Position numbers and translations under genes: made by a program
Notes under the pieces: generated by a model
What the model saw: the letters and a program-made list of their open reading frames with translations, nothing else
Database searches by the model: none
What the model was told of the DNA's origin: nothing
IMG/VR virus record: IMGVR_UViG_3300025687_000024
Coordinates: 46,690 to 110,689 of that record
Origin: a virus
Direction: 5' to 3' (one strand)
DNA length: 64,000 bases
Shown: positions 37,578 through 45,417 of the stretch, in pieces
Numbering within the stretch: position 1 is the stretch's first letter
How the letters are laid out: each line of letters opens with the position of its first letter

Positions 37578-37963
37578 TGCTCACCAAGATCGGATCCGCC
37601 GAGCTCAACGGGCTCCTCATCAAGTCCGCCGCCGCCATCCGCGACCTCTCCGCCGAGAACGAGCAGCTGCGTGCTCAGCTCGCCAAGAAGGACCGGCGCG
37701 AGCACGCCGTCAAGATCGCCAGCGTGGCGGTCGAGCGCGGCATCGTGGCCGAGGACGCGCAGGCCGAGTACGCGCAGACCCTCGCTTCCGGCTCCCGGAA
37801 CCTCGATGACGTCGAGGAACTGGTCAGCCACGCCGCCGCTGGACTCCCCCTGGGCGAACTCACCAAGGAGGCTGCCGACGGCGACGGCGCTTCCGGAGTC
37901 GTCCCGGGCGCCGCCGAGCAGAAGTTCGCCTCCTTCCTCACGAACAGTGGCATCGTCCACTAG
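37577..37963 (+). CDS. Putative scaffold-like coiled-coil protein
   Basis: Coupled ORF just upstream of the capsid genes; AVKIAS, LTKEAA. Confidence 0.65.
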   Translation: MLTKIGSAELNGLLIKSAAAIRDLSAENEQLRAQLAKKDRREHAVKIASVAVERGIVAEDAQAEYAQTLASGSRNLDDVEELVSHAAAGLPLGELTKEAADGDGASGVVPGAAEQKFASFLTNSGIVH

Positions 37964-37990
37964 ACCGCTTTCCCTCCGCAGGAGCATCCC

Positions 37991-38461
37991 ATGCTGAACC
38001 TCATCAGCTCCGTGAGCGACAACTTCCGTCGCGACATCCCCGTGGCGGACGAGACCTACCTCAACCCGACCGAGGCCGAGGCCTACGACCAGGGCGAGTG
38101 GCTCGTGCGCGATTCCTCCGGCAACCTCGAGCGCGTGGGCGCGGACTCGGTGTCCGACGCCATGCAGATCTGGACCCAGAAGGGCGACACCGCCGCCCAG
38201 GCCATCTCCAAGATCGCCGTGATCCAGCTGCACGAGTACGAGGCCGAGACCGACATGTTCGAGGACGGCGGCGCCGGCTTCGCCCCCGGCACCAAGCTCA
38301 CCGTGAAGACCCTCTCCGACGTCGATGGCGAGGACTTCCGCACCGGTCTCACCCAGGCCGCCGCGGGTGAGTACGTCTACGGCGTGGTCATCACCGACCC
38401 CGACGACAACGGCGGGCTGATCAAGTACCGTCGCTCCCCCGCCTACCTCTGGGTCAGCTGA
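37991..38461 (+). CDS. Putative capsid decoration/cement protein
   Basis: 156-aa beta-rich acidic protein immediately before the major capsid gene. Confidence 0.6.
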   Translation: MLNLISSVSDNFRRDIPVADETYLNPTEAEAYDQGEWLVRDSSGNLERVGADSVSDAMQIWTQKGDTAAQAISKIAVIQLHEYEAETDMFEDGGAGFAPGTKLTVKTLSDVDGEDFRTGLTQAAAGEYVYGVVITDPDDNGGLIKYRRSPAYLWVS

Positions 38462-38536
38462 CGGGTAGCTCCCCGTCAGCTTGACCTCCACCCTGCTCTC
38501 TCCACCTTCCGGAGAACCTCCCACCAGGAGACCAAC

Positions 38537-39565
38537 ATGAGCACCGACGCTGCCACCCTGAACCAGCTCTTCCTGGCCCATCTGGAGCACCCCGAGGGCA
38601 AGGAGAAGCTCGCGGCCGTGGGCCGTACCTACGTGCGTGACAAGCTGCGCGAGAACAGCTTCGCCCGCAAGATCCTCCCGCCCCAGATGGTCACCAAGGC
38701 CGACATGCAGGTGTCCGTGAACCACGACACCCTCGTCTACATCGACGAGATCGAGCCCAACTCCAGGGCCATGTCGCTGACCTTCCGCGGCCAGCCCACC
38801 GCGCGCTACATCCGCGCCTCCCGCTACGAGATCCCCATCTTCACCATCTCGAGCGAGCGCTTCGAGAAGACGGAGCAGGAGCTCCTCGCCTACCGGATGC
38901 CCATCACCCGGGTGATCGAGGACAACTCGGTCAAGGACATCCAGGAGATCGAGGACTACCGCTTCCTGGTCTACGTCGATGCGGCCATCTCCAACACCGA
39001 GCAGATCGTCAAGGGCACCCAGGCCCAGGACGATATCGAGGCCAACGGGCTGAACTCCGGCTTCCGCGGCACCCTCGAGCGCGCCGACCTGGTCCTGCTG
39101 TTCAAGGAGCTCGACTCCCGTCGTCGCCGCCTGGCCACGGTGCTGATGAACGAGGAGAACTGGGACGATGTCCTGAACTGGACCATCGAGGACTTCGGCG
39201 ACAAGCAGGCCTCGGTGACCGTCGACGGCTACACCTACGACCGCCTGATGGGTCGGAAGATCATCCGTACCATCAAGACGGACATCCTCCAGACCGGCAA
39301 CATCTACGGCTTCTGCGCGCCCGAGTGGCTCGGCAAGTTCCTCATCCTGAACGCCACCAAGTTCTACATCGACAAGGTGTACAACCTGGTCATGTGGCAG
39401 GCCTGGGAGGACATCGGCATGGGCATCGGCAACATCGCCAGCATGGCCAAGCTCGAGCTCTACAACGACACCACCGACGTCCTGATCTCCGAGGATGAGG
39501 TCGGCACCACGGTCTACAACGAGGCCGACGATGGTCTGACCTTCCCGCAGGTCAGCCACTACTAG
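38537..39565 (+). CDS. Major capsid protein (HK97 fold, inferred)
   Basis: 342 aa, strong RBS and very biased codons, position after protease and scaffold genes; RDKLRENSFARKIL, DIQEIED..FL and LATVLMN patterns. Confidence 0.8.
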   Translation: MSTDAATLNQLFLAHLEHPEGKEKLAAVGRTYVRDKLRENSFARKILPPQMVTKADMQVSVNHDTLVYIDEIEPNSRAMSLTFRGQPTARYIRASRYEIPIFTISSERFEKTEQELLAYRMPITRVIEDNSVKDIQEIEDYRFLVYVDAAISNTEQIVKGTQAQDDIEANGLNSGFRGTLERADLVLLFKELDSRRRRLATVLMNEENWDDVLNWTIEDFGDKQASVTVDGYTYDRLMGRKIIRTIKTDILQTGNIYGFCAPEWLGKFLILNATKFYIDKVYNLVMWQAWEDIGMGIGNIASMAKLELYNDTTDVLISEDEVGTTVYNEADDGLTFPQVSHY

Positions 39566-39585
39566 GCCCGGACGGAGGCTGAGCG

Positions 39586-40083
39586 ATGCCTGTGATGGTG
39601 ACCATCAGGAACCGGCGCCCGCGCAAGACCGTCAAGGTCTGCGGGCGCTACCTCGCCTGTACCCGCGTCCAGAAGGCCGCGGGGAAGGGCGGTACCCTGG
39701 ACATCACCGAGGAGCAGCTCGCCTCCAGCACCGTGCAACGCCTGCTCGCGCTGAAGCGCATCGAGATCGTCGGGCGGTCCGGGACGGCGGTGACGCCGCC
39801 TCGCGACGAGCCCCCAGCTCCTGCAGCAGCGTCGGAGGAGCCGACGCCCGTCGAAGAGGAGCCCGCCCCCGAGCCGCCTGTCGATCCCGAGCCGGAGCCC
39901 GAGCCGGAGCCTGCACCTGCGCCAGAACCCTCTCCCCCGCCCAAGCAGTGGACGCGGGATGAGCTCGAGGGCAAGACCCTCCCCGAGCTTCGCCCGCTCT
40001 ACACGCGCCTGACCGACGCCAGCCCGAGCGGTCTCCGCAAGGCTGACATCATCGACGGCATCATCGGCGCCCAGGAGGCCTGA
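39586..40083 (+). CDS. Protein with Pro/Glu linker and C-terminal Rho-N/HeH-like helical domain
   Basis: WTRDELEGKTLPELR...GLRKADIIDGI. Confidence 0.65.
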   Translation: MPVMVTIRNRRPRKTVKVCGRYLACTRVQKAAGKGGTLDITEEQLASSTVQRLLALKRIEIVGRSGTAVTPPRDEPPAPAAASEEPTPVEEEPAPEPPVDPEPEPEPEPAPAPEPSPPPKQWTRDELEGKTLPELRPLYTRLTDASPSGLRKADIIDGIIGAQEA

Positions 40084-40283
40084 TGTCCAAGCTCTCGTCT
40101 CCTCTGCGCACCAAGCGGCCCGACTCCGTCTCGGTGTGCGGCAAGCTGCTGCGCAAGGGGCAGTCCACCACCGTGGATGAGTCCGCTGTCGGCCCCTCCG
40201 AGCGTCGGAAGGAAGCCAACGGCCTCATCAAGATCCGCAGGGCACGCGAGCGTGGCAAGCTCAAGGTGACCTGCGTCAAGTGA
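40083..40283 (+). CDS. Small basic protein related to the N-domain of the upstream gene
   Basis: RTKRPDSVSVCGKLL versus RNRRPRKTVKVCGRYL. Confidence 0.65.
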   Translation: MSKLSSPLRTKRPDSVSVCGKLLRKGQSTTVDESAVGPSERRKEANGLIKIRRARERGKLKVTCVK

Positions 40284-40287
40284 GCCT

Positions 40288-40752
40288 GTGGCAACTCCTA
40301 TCTCCGAGGACCAGTTCATCTCCGAAGTCCGCGGCTTCATGCGGGACCACCCGGACCTGAACCAGCTGATCTACGGCGAGGAGAGTACCAACAGGCAGAT
40401 TCGCTTCGCCGCCTGGCTGGCCATCGACGAGTGGAACGTGCGGCCTCCGGTCAGCTCGGCCACCTTCGCGACGTTCCCGTCGCGGTTCATCCTTCTCTTT
40501 CTCACCATCATCCACCTCCTCACGTCCGTCGGGCTGCTGAAGGCCAGGAACTCCATCACCTACAACGATGGCGGCTTCTCGGTGCAGGACAACGAGGCCC
40601 AGGAACGTCTCTACAAGCAGTGGATTCAGGTCCTGCGCGCTCAAGTCGACCCTGTGATGCGGGACCTCAAGATCTCGCTGAACATTGCAGGCGGTTGGGG
40701 AGCCGGAGTGGGCTCTACCTACGGGCAACTCCACGGGTGGTATGGTAGTTGA
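40288..40752 (+). CDS. Putative head-tail adaptor (neck) protein
   Basis: 154-aa helical protein after the capsid gene; ITYNDGGFSV hairpin-like segment. Confidence 0.6.
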   Translation: MATPISEDQFISEVRGFMRDHPDLNQLIYGEESTNRQIRFAAWLAIDEWNVRPPVSSATFATFPSRFILLFLTIIHLLTSVGLLKARNSITYNDGGFSVQDNEAQERLYKQWIQVLRAQVDPVMRDLKISLNIAGGWGAGVGSTYGQLHGWYGS

Positions 40753-40777
40753 CTCGTCTTCCTTTTCCCCATACGCT
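40749..40777 (+). promoter_or_regulatory. Sigma70-like promoter
   Basis: TTGACT-17 nt-TACGCT, 36 nt before ATG 40814. Confidence 0.55.
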
Positions 40778-40813
40778 GCAAGCGTGCCGACCAATCCTCC
40801 CCCGGAGTTCCTC

Positions 40814-41746
40814 ATGGCCATCCACGACGTCCTCGCCCGCATCTACGGCCTCGACAAGACCGCCTCCGAGCAGGAGACGGAGCTCGACCTCGACAACATG
40901 AGCGCCGTCGACTTCCTCGCCGGCATCGAGAGCGGCGAGATCGTCTACGTCGACGGTGACGAGCCCGAGGCCGAGAAGACCGCCGGCGACGAGGGAGAGC
41001 TCGACCTCGACAACATGAGCGCGACCCAGCTCCTGCAGGGGCTCGAGAGCGGCGAGATCGTGTTCGACGACGGCAGCGATCCCGAGGCCGAGAAGACCGC
41101 GGGCTTCGACCTCGACAGCCTCACCCAGGAGCAGCTCGAGAGCATGTCGGCCGAGGAGCTCATCGAGCTGGCCAACTCGCTCGACGAGGATCCCGGGGAG
41201 CAGGAGAAGGTCGCCGCCGAGCAGCAGTACTGGCTCGACGCCGGGGCCCTGATGGCGCGCGGCTACGCCTCCGAGCTGGAGAAGCTGTCCTCCGAGCAGA
41301 TGCCCGACGAGCTCGAGATCGACATGAGCAAGATCACCGGCGCCGATCTCGTGGAGCTCATGGAGCACTACGAGTTCGTCGAGGACGACGAGCCCCAGGT
41401 GGAGAAGACCGCCGGCGGGCTGGGCAGCCTCCTGAAGTTCAAGGGCGCCCGGAAGGCCTTCAAGGGCTCCCGGAAGGCCGGCGAGACGGCCGAGGAGGCC
41501 CTGAAGGCGCGCAAGAGCGCCGCCAAGGACGCCGCCAAGGCGGCGGGCAAGGGCGACGACAAGGCCGTCGTCGATGCCTTCAAGCGCGGCCGCGACGCCC
41601 ACAAGGCCGGCAAGGCCGCCAAGAAGGAAGCCCGCAAGCTGCGCCGCAAGGGCTACAAGAAGGCCGGGCAGAGCGCCGCGGTCTACGGCGGTGGCCTGGC
41701 CGCCGCTGGCGGACTCGCCGCGGGCACCAAGGCCGCGCTGGACTAG
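40814..41746 (+). CDS. Acidic-repeat / basic-tail protein, paralog family member 2
   Basis: GGAG RBS with ATG 40814; acidic repeats separated by DKTA/EKTA/EKVA; final K/A-rich block and G/A tail. Confidence 0.8.
   Translation: MAIHDVLARIYGLDKTASEQETELDLDNMSAVDFLAGIESGEIVYVDGDEPEAEKTAGDEGELDLDNMSATQLLQGLESGEIVFDDGSDPEAEKTAGFDLDSLTQEQLESMSAEELIELANSLDEDPGEQEKVAAEQQYWLDAGALMARGYASELEKLSSEQMPDELEIDMSKITGADLVELMEHYEFVEDDEPQVEKTAGGLGSLLKFKGARKAFKGSRKAGETAEEALKARKSAAKDAAKAAGKGDDKAVVDAFKRGRDAHKAGKAAKKEARKLRRKGYKKAGQSAAVYGGGLAAAGGLAAGTKAALD
40853..41100 (+). repeat. Imperfect tandem repeat of about 117 bp inside the CDS
   Basis: GAGCTCGACCTCGACAACATGAGCGC, GAGAGCGGCGAGATCGT and CCCGAGGCCGAGAAGACCGC each occur twice. 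Confidence 0.85.
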
Positions 41747-41816
41747 GCCCCTACCCCTACCCCCCACGACTGGGTGCCTGCGTCAAGGGCACCATGCCCC
41801 AAGCAGGAGGCACCCC

Positions 41817-42200
41817 ATGAACGAACTGCTCGCAGGCATCTACGGCACCGGCGACATGGAGAAGGTCGCCTCCCCCGTGGACCCGACCCGCCAGATGACC
41901 CTCGACGACCTGGCCACCGTCATCGTCGTCGACAGTCTCGGTGACGGCGCGGACATGGAGAAGGTCGCCGAGGCGCACCAGGAGGTCTTCGCCGACCTGG
42001 TGTCCTTCGATCGCGCCGGACGCGCCATGGCCCACCACGAGTTCACCGAGATGGAGAAGATGGCGGCCGCGGGTGACACGGAGGCCCTCGAGGCCTTCTT
42101 CGCCGATGTCGAGTTCGACGACGGCGGTGAGCCCGACCCCCGTCACGCCGCGCGCGAAGCCATCGCCGCGGAGCTGCAGCGCCGCGCCGGCCTGCAGTAG
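41817..42200 (+). CDS. Scaffold-like acidic protein, paralog family member 3
   Basis: AGGAGG RBS; LLAGIYG, DMEKVA twice, GRAMAHHEFTEMEKMAA. Confidence 0.75.
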   Translation: MNELLAGIYGTGDMEKVASPVDPTRQMTLDDLATVIVVDSLGDGADMEKVAEAHQEVFADLVSFDRAGRAMAHHEFTEMEKMAAAGDTEALEAFFADVEFDDGGEPDPRHAAREAIAAELQRRAGLQ

Positions 42201-42209
42201 GAGGGCGGC

Positions 42210-42848
42210 GTGCACCGCCCCGGCGCCTTCGTCCGGGTTGCGGGCACCCTGGAGAAGGTCGCTCGCATCTACGGCAACATCCCCCTGACTCCTGGGGAGT
42301 ACTCCTGGTCTGATCGCTACAAGGGCACCCCCTTCTACCGGGAGGCCCTGGAGATCGAACGCCAGGAGGCTCTCGAGGAGGCGCAGGAGGCCCGCGAGCA
42401 CGTCGAGCAGGAGTCCTCGCACGCGGCCGAGTCTGCTCTCCGAGTCGAGATCGCCCAGCTGGAGGCCGCTCTCGTGGAGTGGCGCTACCAGAACATGGGG
42501 CTCTCCAAGGGGCAGGCCACCGCGCTGGCCAAGACCGCGGCCCTGTGCGGTCACGTGGCCAAGTGCGTCGAGGGTGGCGGTCCCGTCGAGTGGTCTGACG
42601 CCTTCAAGGGGTCGCCCTACTACCAGCAGGCCATCGAGCTGGAGAAGCGCGACGCCGAGATGGAGGCTGCTCGTGCAGCCAAGCAGGCGGCCAGGCCGGT
42701 GTCCAACCGCTGGGCCGTTCGTCGAGCGCGCCGCACGGCCCTCGAGGCCAAGTACCTGGCCTGGAAGCAGCAACAGCAGGGCGGCGCCCCCACCCAACCT
42801 CAACGGGAGGCGGAGCCGGCGGTTCAGGTCTCCGTCCCACGCGAGTAG
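42210..42848 (+). CDS. Protein made of two internal repeats, each after a K-x-A site
   Basis: WSDRYKGTPFYREALEIE and WSDAFKGSPYYQQAIELE. Confidence 0.75.
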   Translation: MHRPGAFVRVAGTLEKVARIYGNIPLTPGEYSWSDRYKGTPFYREALEIERQEALEEAQEAREHVEQESSHAAESALRVEIAQLEAALVEWRYQNMGLSKGQATALAKTAALCGHVAKCVEGGGPVEWSDAFKGSPYYQQAIELEKRDAEMEAARAAKQAARPVSNRWAVRRARRTALEAKYLAWKQQQQGGAPTQPQREAEPAVQVSVPRE

Positions 42849-42851
42849 ATC

Positions 42852-43442
42852 ATGAGCCACTCCTTGCCCCCCGAGCTCGCCCGCGGGTTCTTCTCCGAGC
42901 TGGAGAAGGTTGCCATCCTCCTCGGTGCCGGCACCGGAGCGGTCGCTGCCGGTCAAGGGAACCGGGGCGAGGGTGCGCTGTACGGAGGTGCCGGAGGCAT
43001 CTTGGGCGCCATGGCTGGCGCGACCCCGGGCGCTCTCGCTCAGATGGCGCGCGACACTCCCAAGAAGGCACGCCGTGGGCGAGGGAAGATCTCGGCCCTG
43101 ACCGCTCTCGGCGTCCTCACTGGAGAGGCTCTGGGCGGCGTCGCCGGCGGGCGCCTGGCCAAGAAGCACGCCCAGGAGCGCCGGGCAAAGCACCGGGAAG
43201 CCACCAAGAAGGCCGTGCGCGAAGCCCTCGCCGAGCAGAAGGAGAAGAAGGGCTCGGTCGAGAAGGTCGCTATCTCCGTCGCCGGTCCGGCGCAGCCGGG
43301 GGGCGCTGCGTTCGTGTTCCAGCTGGCCCGGAGTTCCCAGCGAGAGACCCAGCGCAACCTGCTGCGCCGCACCGGCAAGAAGGCGGTCAAGCTGCGCAAG
43401 AAGATCCCGGCTCCCCAGCAGGTGCCCGCCGCCGCCAAGTAG
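42852..43442 (+). CDS. Tagged basic protein (GFFSELEKVA) with glycine-zipper-like segments
   Basis: Leader motif; GALYGGAGGILGAMAG and ALGVLTGEALGGVAGG; second VEKVA site. Confidence 0.75.
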   Translation: MSHSLPPELARGFFSELEKVAILLGAGTGAVAAGQGNRGEGALYGGAGGILGAMAGATPGALAQMARDTPKKARRGRGKISALTALGVLTGEALGGVAGGRLAKKHAQERRAKHREATKKAVREALAEQKEKKGSVEKVAISVAGPAQPGGAAFVFQLARSSQRETQRNLLRRTGKKAVKLRKKIPAPQQVPAAAK

Positions 43443-43449
43443 GTGACCC

Positions 43450-43938
43450 ATGCTCTCTGCGCCGCTACAGGATGCCTTCATCGCCGAGCTGGAGAAGATC
43501 GCCTTCCTCAAGACCCTCCGGCGGGCCAAGCCCAAGACGCCGCCGAAGCGCGTACGTCGCTTCCGGGTGAAGGCCAACTCCGGGCACCAGCCCGGGGTCG
43601 TGCGCAACGGCTACCTCGAGGCACCGCCCTCCCAAGCGGAGACCAACCGCATCGCTCGGCAGTTCCTCAAGGACCTCGAGAAGCGGTCCTTCGCCAAGGT
43701 GGTCACGAAGAACACCACCCGCGTGGCCCGTAGTGGTTGGGAGAAGGCAGTGCGCCCCAATCCGTCCGGGATGATCAACCAGACACGCGCCTGGACCATC
43801 CGCCCGCGTGGAGCCCCCGCCGCATCCCAGCGCGCCACCTCCAAGCCCACCAAGCTGAAGGGGTGGGTGCGTCGCAGCACCAAGGAAGAGGTCCGTGCGG
43901 GGCCGCGCCCCGCGCTGGCGCGGGGCGCAGTCAGCTGA
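43450..43938 (+). CDS. Tagged highly basic protein (AFIAELEKIA)
   Basis: Leader motif followed by an R/K-rich body. Confidence 0.75.
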   Translation: MLSAPLQDAFIAELEKIAFLKTLRRAKPKTPPKRVRRFRVKANSGHQPGVVRNGYLEAPPSQAETNRIARQFLKDLEKRSFAKVVTKNTTRVARSGWEKAVRPNPSGMINQTRAWTIRPRGAPAASQRATSKPTKLKGWVRRSTKEEVRAGPRPALARGAVS

Positions 43939-43957
43939 CGTGGGGTAGTATGGGGCC

Positions 43958-44869
43958 ATGCTCGTTCCCGTCAACATCCGGGTCTGGACCCTCTCCCGCG
44001 ACTCCCTGACCATCTCCTGGGCGTTCCGCAACACCACGGCAGCGCTGGGCGACTACAGCATCACGGTGCTGCGGTCTGGTTCCGCTGCGGGAGGGTACGA
44101 GGAGATCTCGAGCGCCTTCGCGGCAGACGCGACCGTGGAGTTCGTGGACTCCGAGGTAGTCCTGCACTCCAAGTGGCGGGAGTATTTCTACCGGCTGCGG
44201 GTCACGGCGCCCGATGGCTCGACCACGGACTTCGGCTCGGTGGACTACAAGAGGGTCCTGGCTGGAGACGACGCCGGCGGCGTCGTGCTGGAGAGCTTGC
44301 CCGACCTGGTGGCCCTCGAGGCCATCCGGCGTTTCGACATGCTCCTGCAGACCAAGATCGGGCGGGAGCTCCTGGTGCTCAACCACAGGTCCACTGGGCA
44401 GCGCTGTGCCGAGTGTTGGGACAACTTGAAGAGGCGACGTACCAAGAGCAAGTGCCTGACCTGCTACGGCGTGGGGGTCTCCGGGGGGTACTACTTCCCC
44501 AAGCAGGCCTGGGCCGCCAAGGTACCCCACCGGGCATCCGTACAGCTCACCCCGCTGTTCGAGATGCAGAACAACGACGCGCTCCTGTGGATGTCGTCGC
44601 GTCCACGGGTGGTCCCGCGTGACCTGGTCATCGATGCTGATGGGCGGCGCTGGCGCGTCATCGACATTCAGCGGCACGAGAAGCTGTGGGCTCTCACCCG
44701 ACAGACCGTGCAGGTGCGCGAGCTGTCCAAGGACCAGGTGGAGTACGACATCCCGATCTCGGCTGACGAGTGGGACATCGACCCGGTGGCGGCCACGCCC
44801 TACAGGCAGTACATCAATGCTACGAACCTCGACAGTCACCGTCGAGCGAAGCGGGAGCTTGGCCTATGA
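43958..44869 (+). CDS. Putative neck/head-closure protein with FN3-like N-domain and zinc finger
   Basis: LTISW...YFYRLRV; CAEC...CLTCYGVG; PRDLVID..GRRWRVIDI. Confidence 0.6.
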   Translation: MLVPVNIRVWTLSRDSLTISWAFRNTTAALGDYSITVLRSGSAAGGYEEISSAFAADATVEFVDSEVVLHSKWREYFYRLRVTAPDGSTTDFGSVDYKRVLAGDDAGGVVLESLPDLVALEAIRRFDMLLQTKIGRELLVLNHRSTGQRCAECWDNLKRRRTKSKCLTCYGVGVSGGYYFPKQAWAAKVPHRASVQLTPLFEMQNNDALLWMSSRPRVVPRDLVIDADGRRWRVIDIQRHEKLWALTRQTVQVRELSKDQVEYDIPISADEWDIDPVAATPYRQYINATNLDSHRRAKRELGL

Positions 44870-45417
44870 TCATGCCCACCCTCTCCGTCGCAACCGTCCG
44901 CGCCTTCCAAGGCGAGCTGGTCAAGATCGCGAAGGTGACCCCAGCTACCGTGGCCCTCGGGGCGCTCGCGGGAGGCAGCGCTGGGGCACTGGCGCACAAG
45001 CACTACACCAAGGACGAGCGGTCGAAGGACGAACTGCTGCGGGACCTGAAGCGCATGCCCGAGAAGACCTACCAGGCTCGGCGCAAGGAGCGGGGTGCGC
45101 GCACGGCAGGCGCGGCGGCGCTCGGCGCCATGACGGGCGCGGGGGCTCCCGTGCTCTACAGGGAGGCGGCCCGAGCTGTTGGGCGCGCAGTGGACCGCAC
45201 GGTCAAGCCCACGCTGCAGACGGCCAAGAGCGGGATCGACGACTCCGTTGAGAAGGGCGTCGCCGAGTACGACCGCATGCTGCAGCGCCAGGCCGACTAC
45301 CTGCTCGACCAGCTCCGCGGTCCGCGGGGGGCACGCGCCGCCGAGACCCTCGGGGAGAGTGCGCGCAAGGGCTTCCTGCCCAGGTTCCTCCGCCGGCGGA
45401 GGGCCAACCCGCAGTGA
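44866..45417 (+). CDS. Tagged basic protein (AFQGELVKIA)
   Basis: ATG 44866 overlaps the upstream stop; two G/A hydrophobic segments. Confidence 0.75.
   Translation: MIMPTLSVATVRAFQGELVKIAKVTPATVALGALAGGSAGALAHKHYTKDERSKDELLRDLKRMPEKTYQARRKERGARTAGAAALGAMTGAGAPVLYREAARAVGRAVDRTVKPTLQTAKSGIDDSVEKGVAEYDRMLQRQADYLLDQLRGPRGARAAETLGESARKGFLPRFLRRRRANPQ

Noticed and set aside
38481-38510. Sigma70 promoter before the capsid gene (TTGACC)
   Set aside because: No credible -10 hexamer at 16-18 nt spacing.
40853-41100. CRISPR array or non-coding repeat
   Set aside because: The repeats are in-frame coding duplications with no repeat-spacer pattern, and there are no cas genes.
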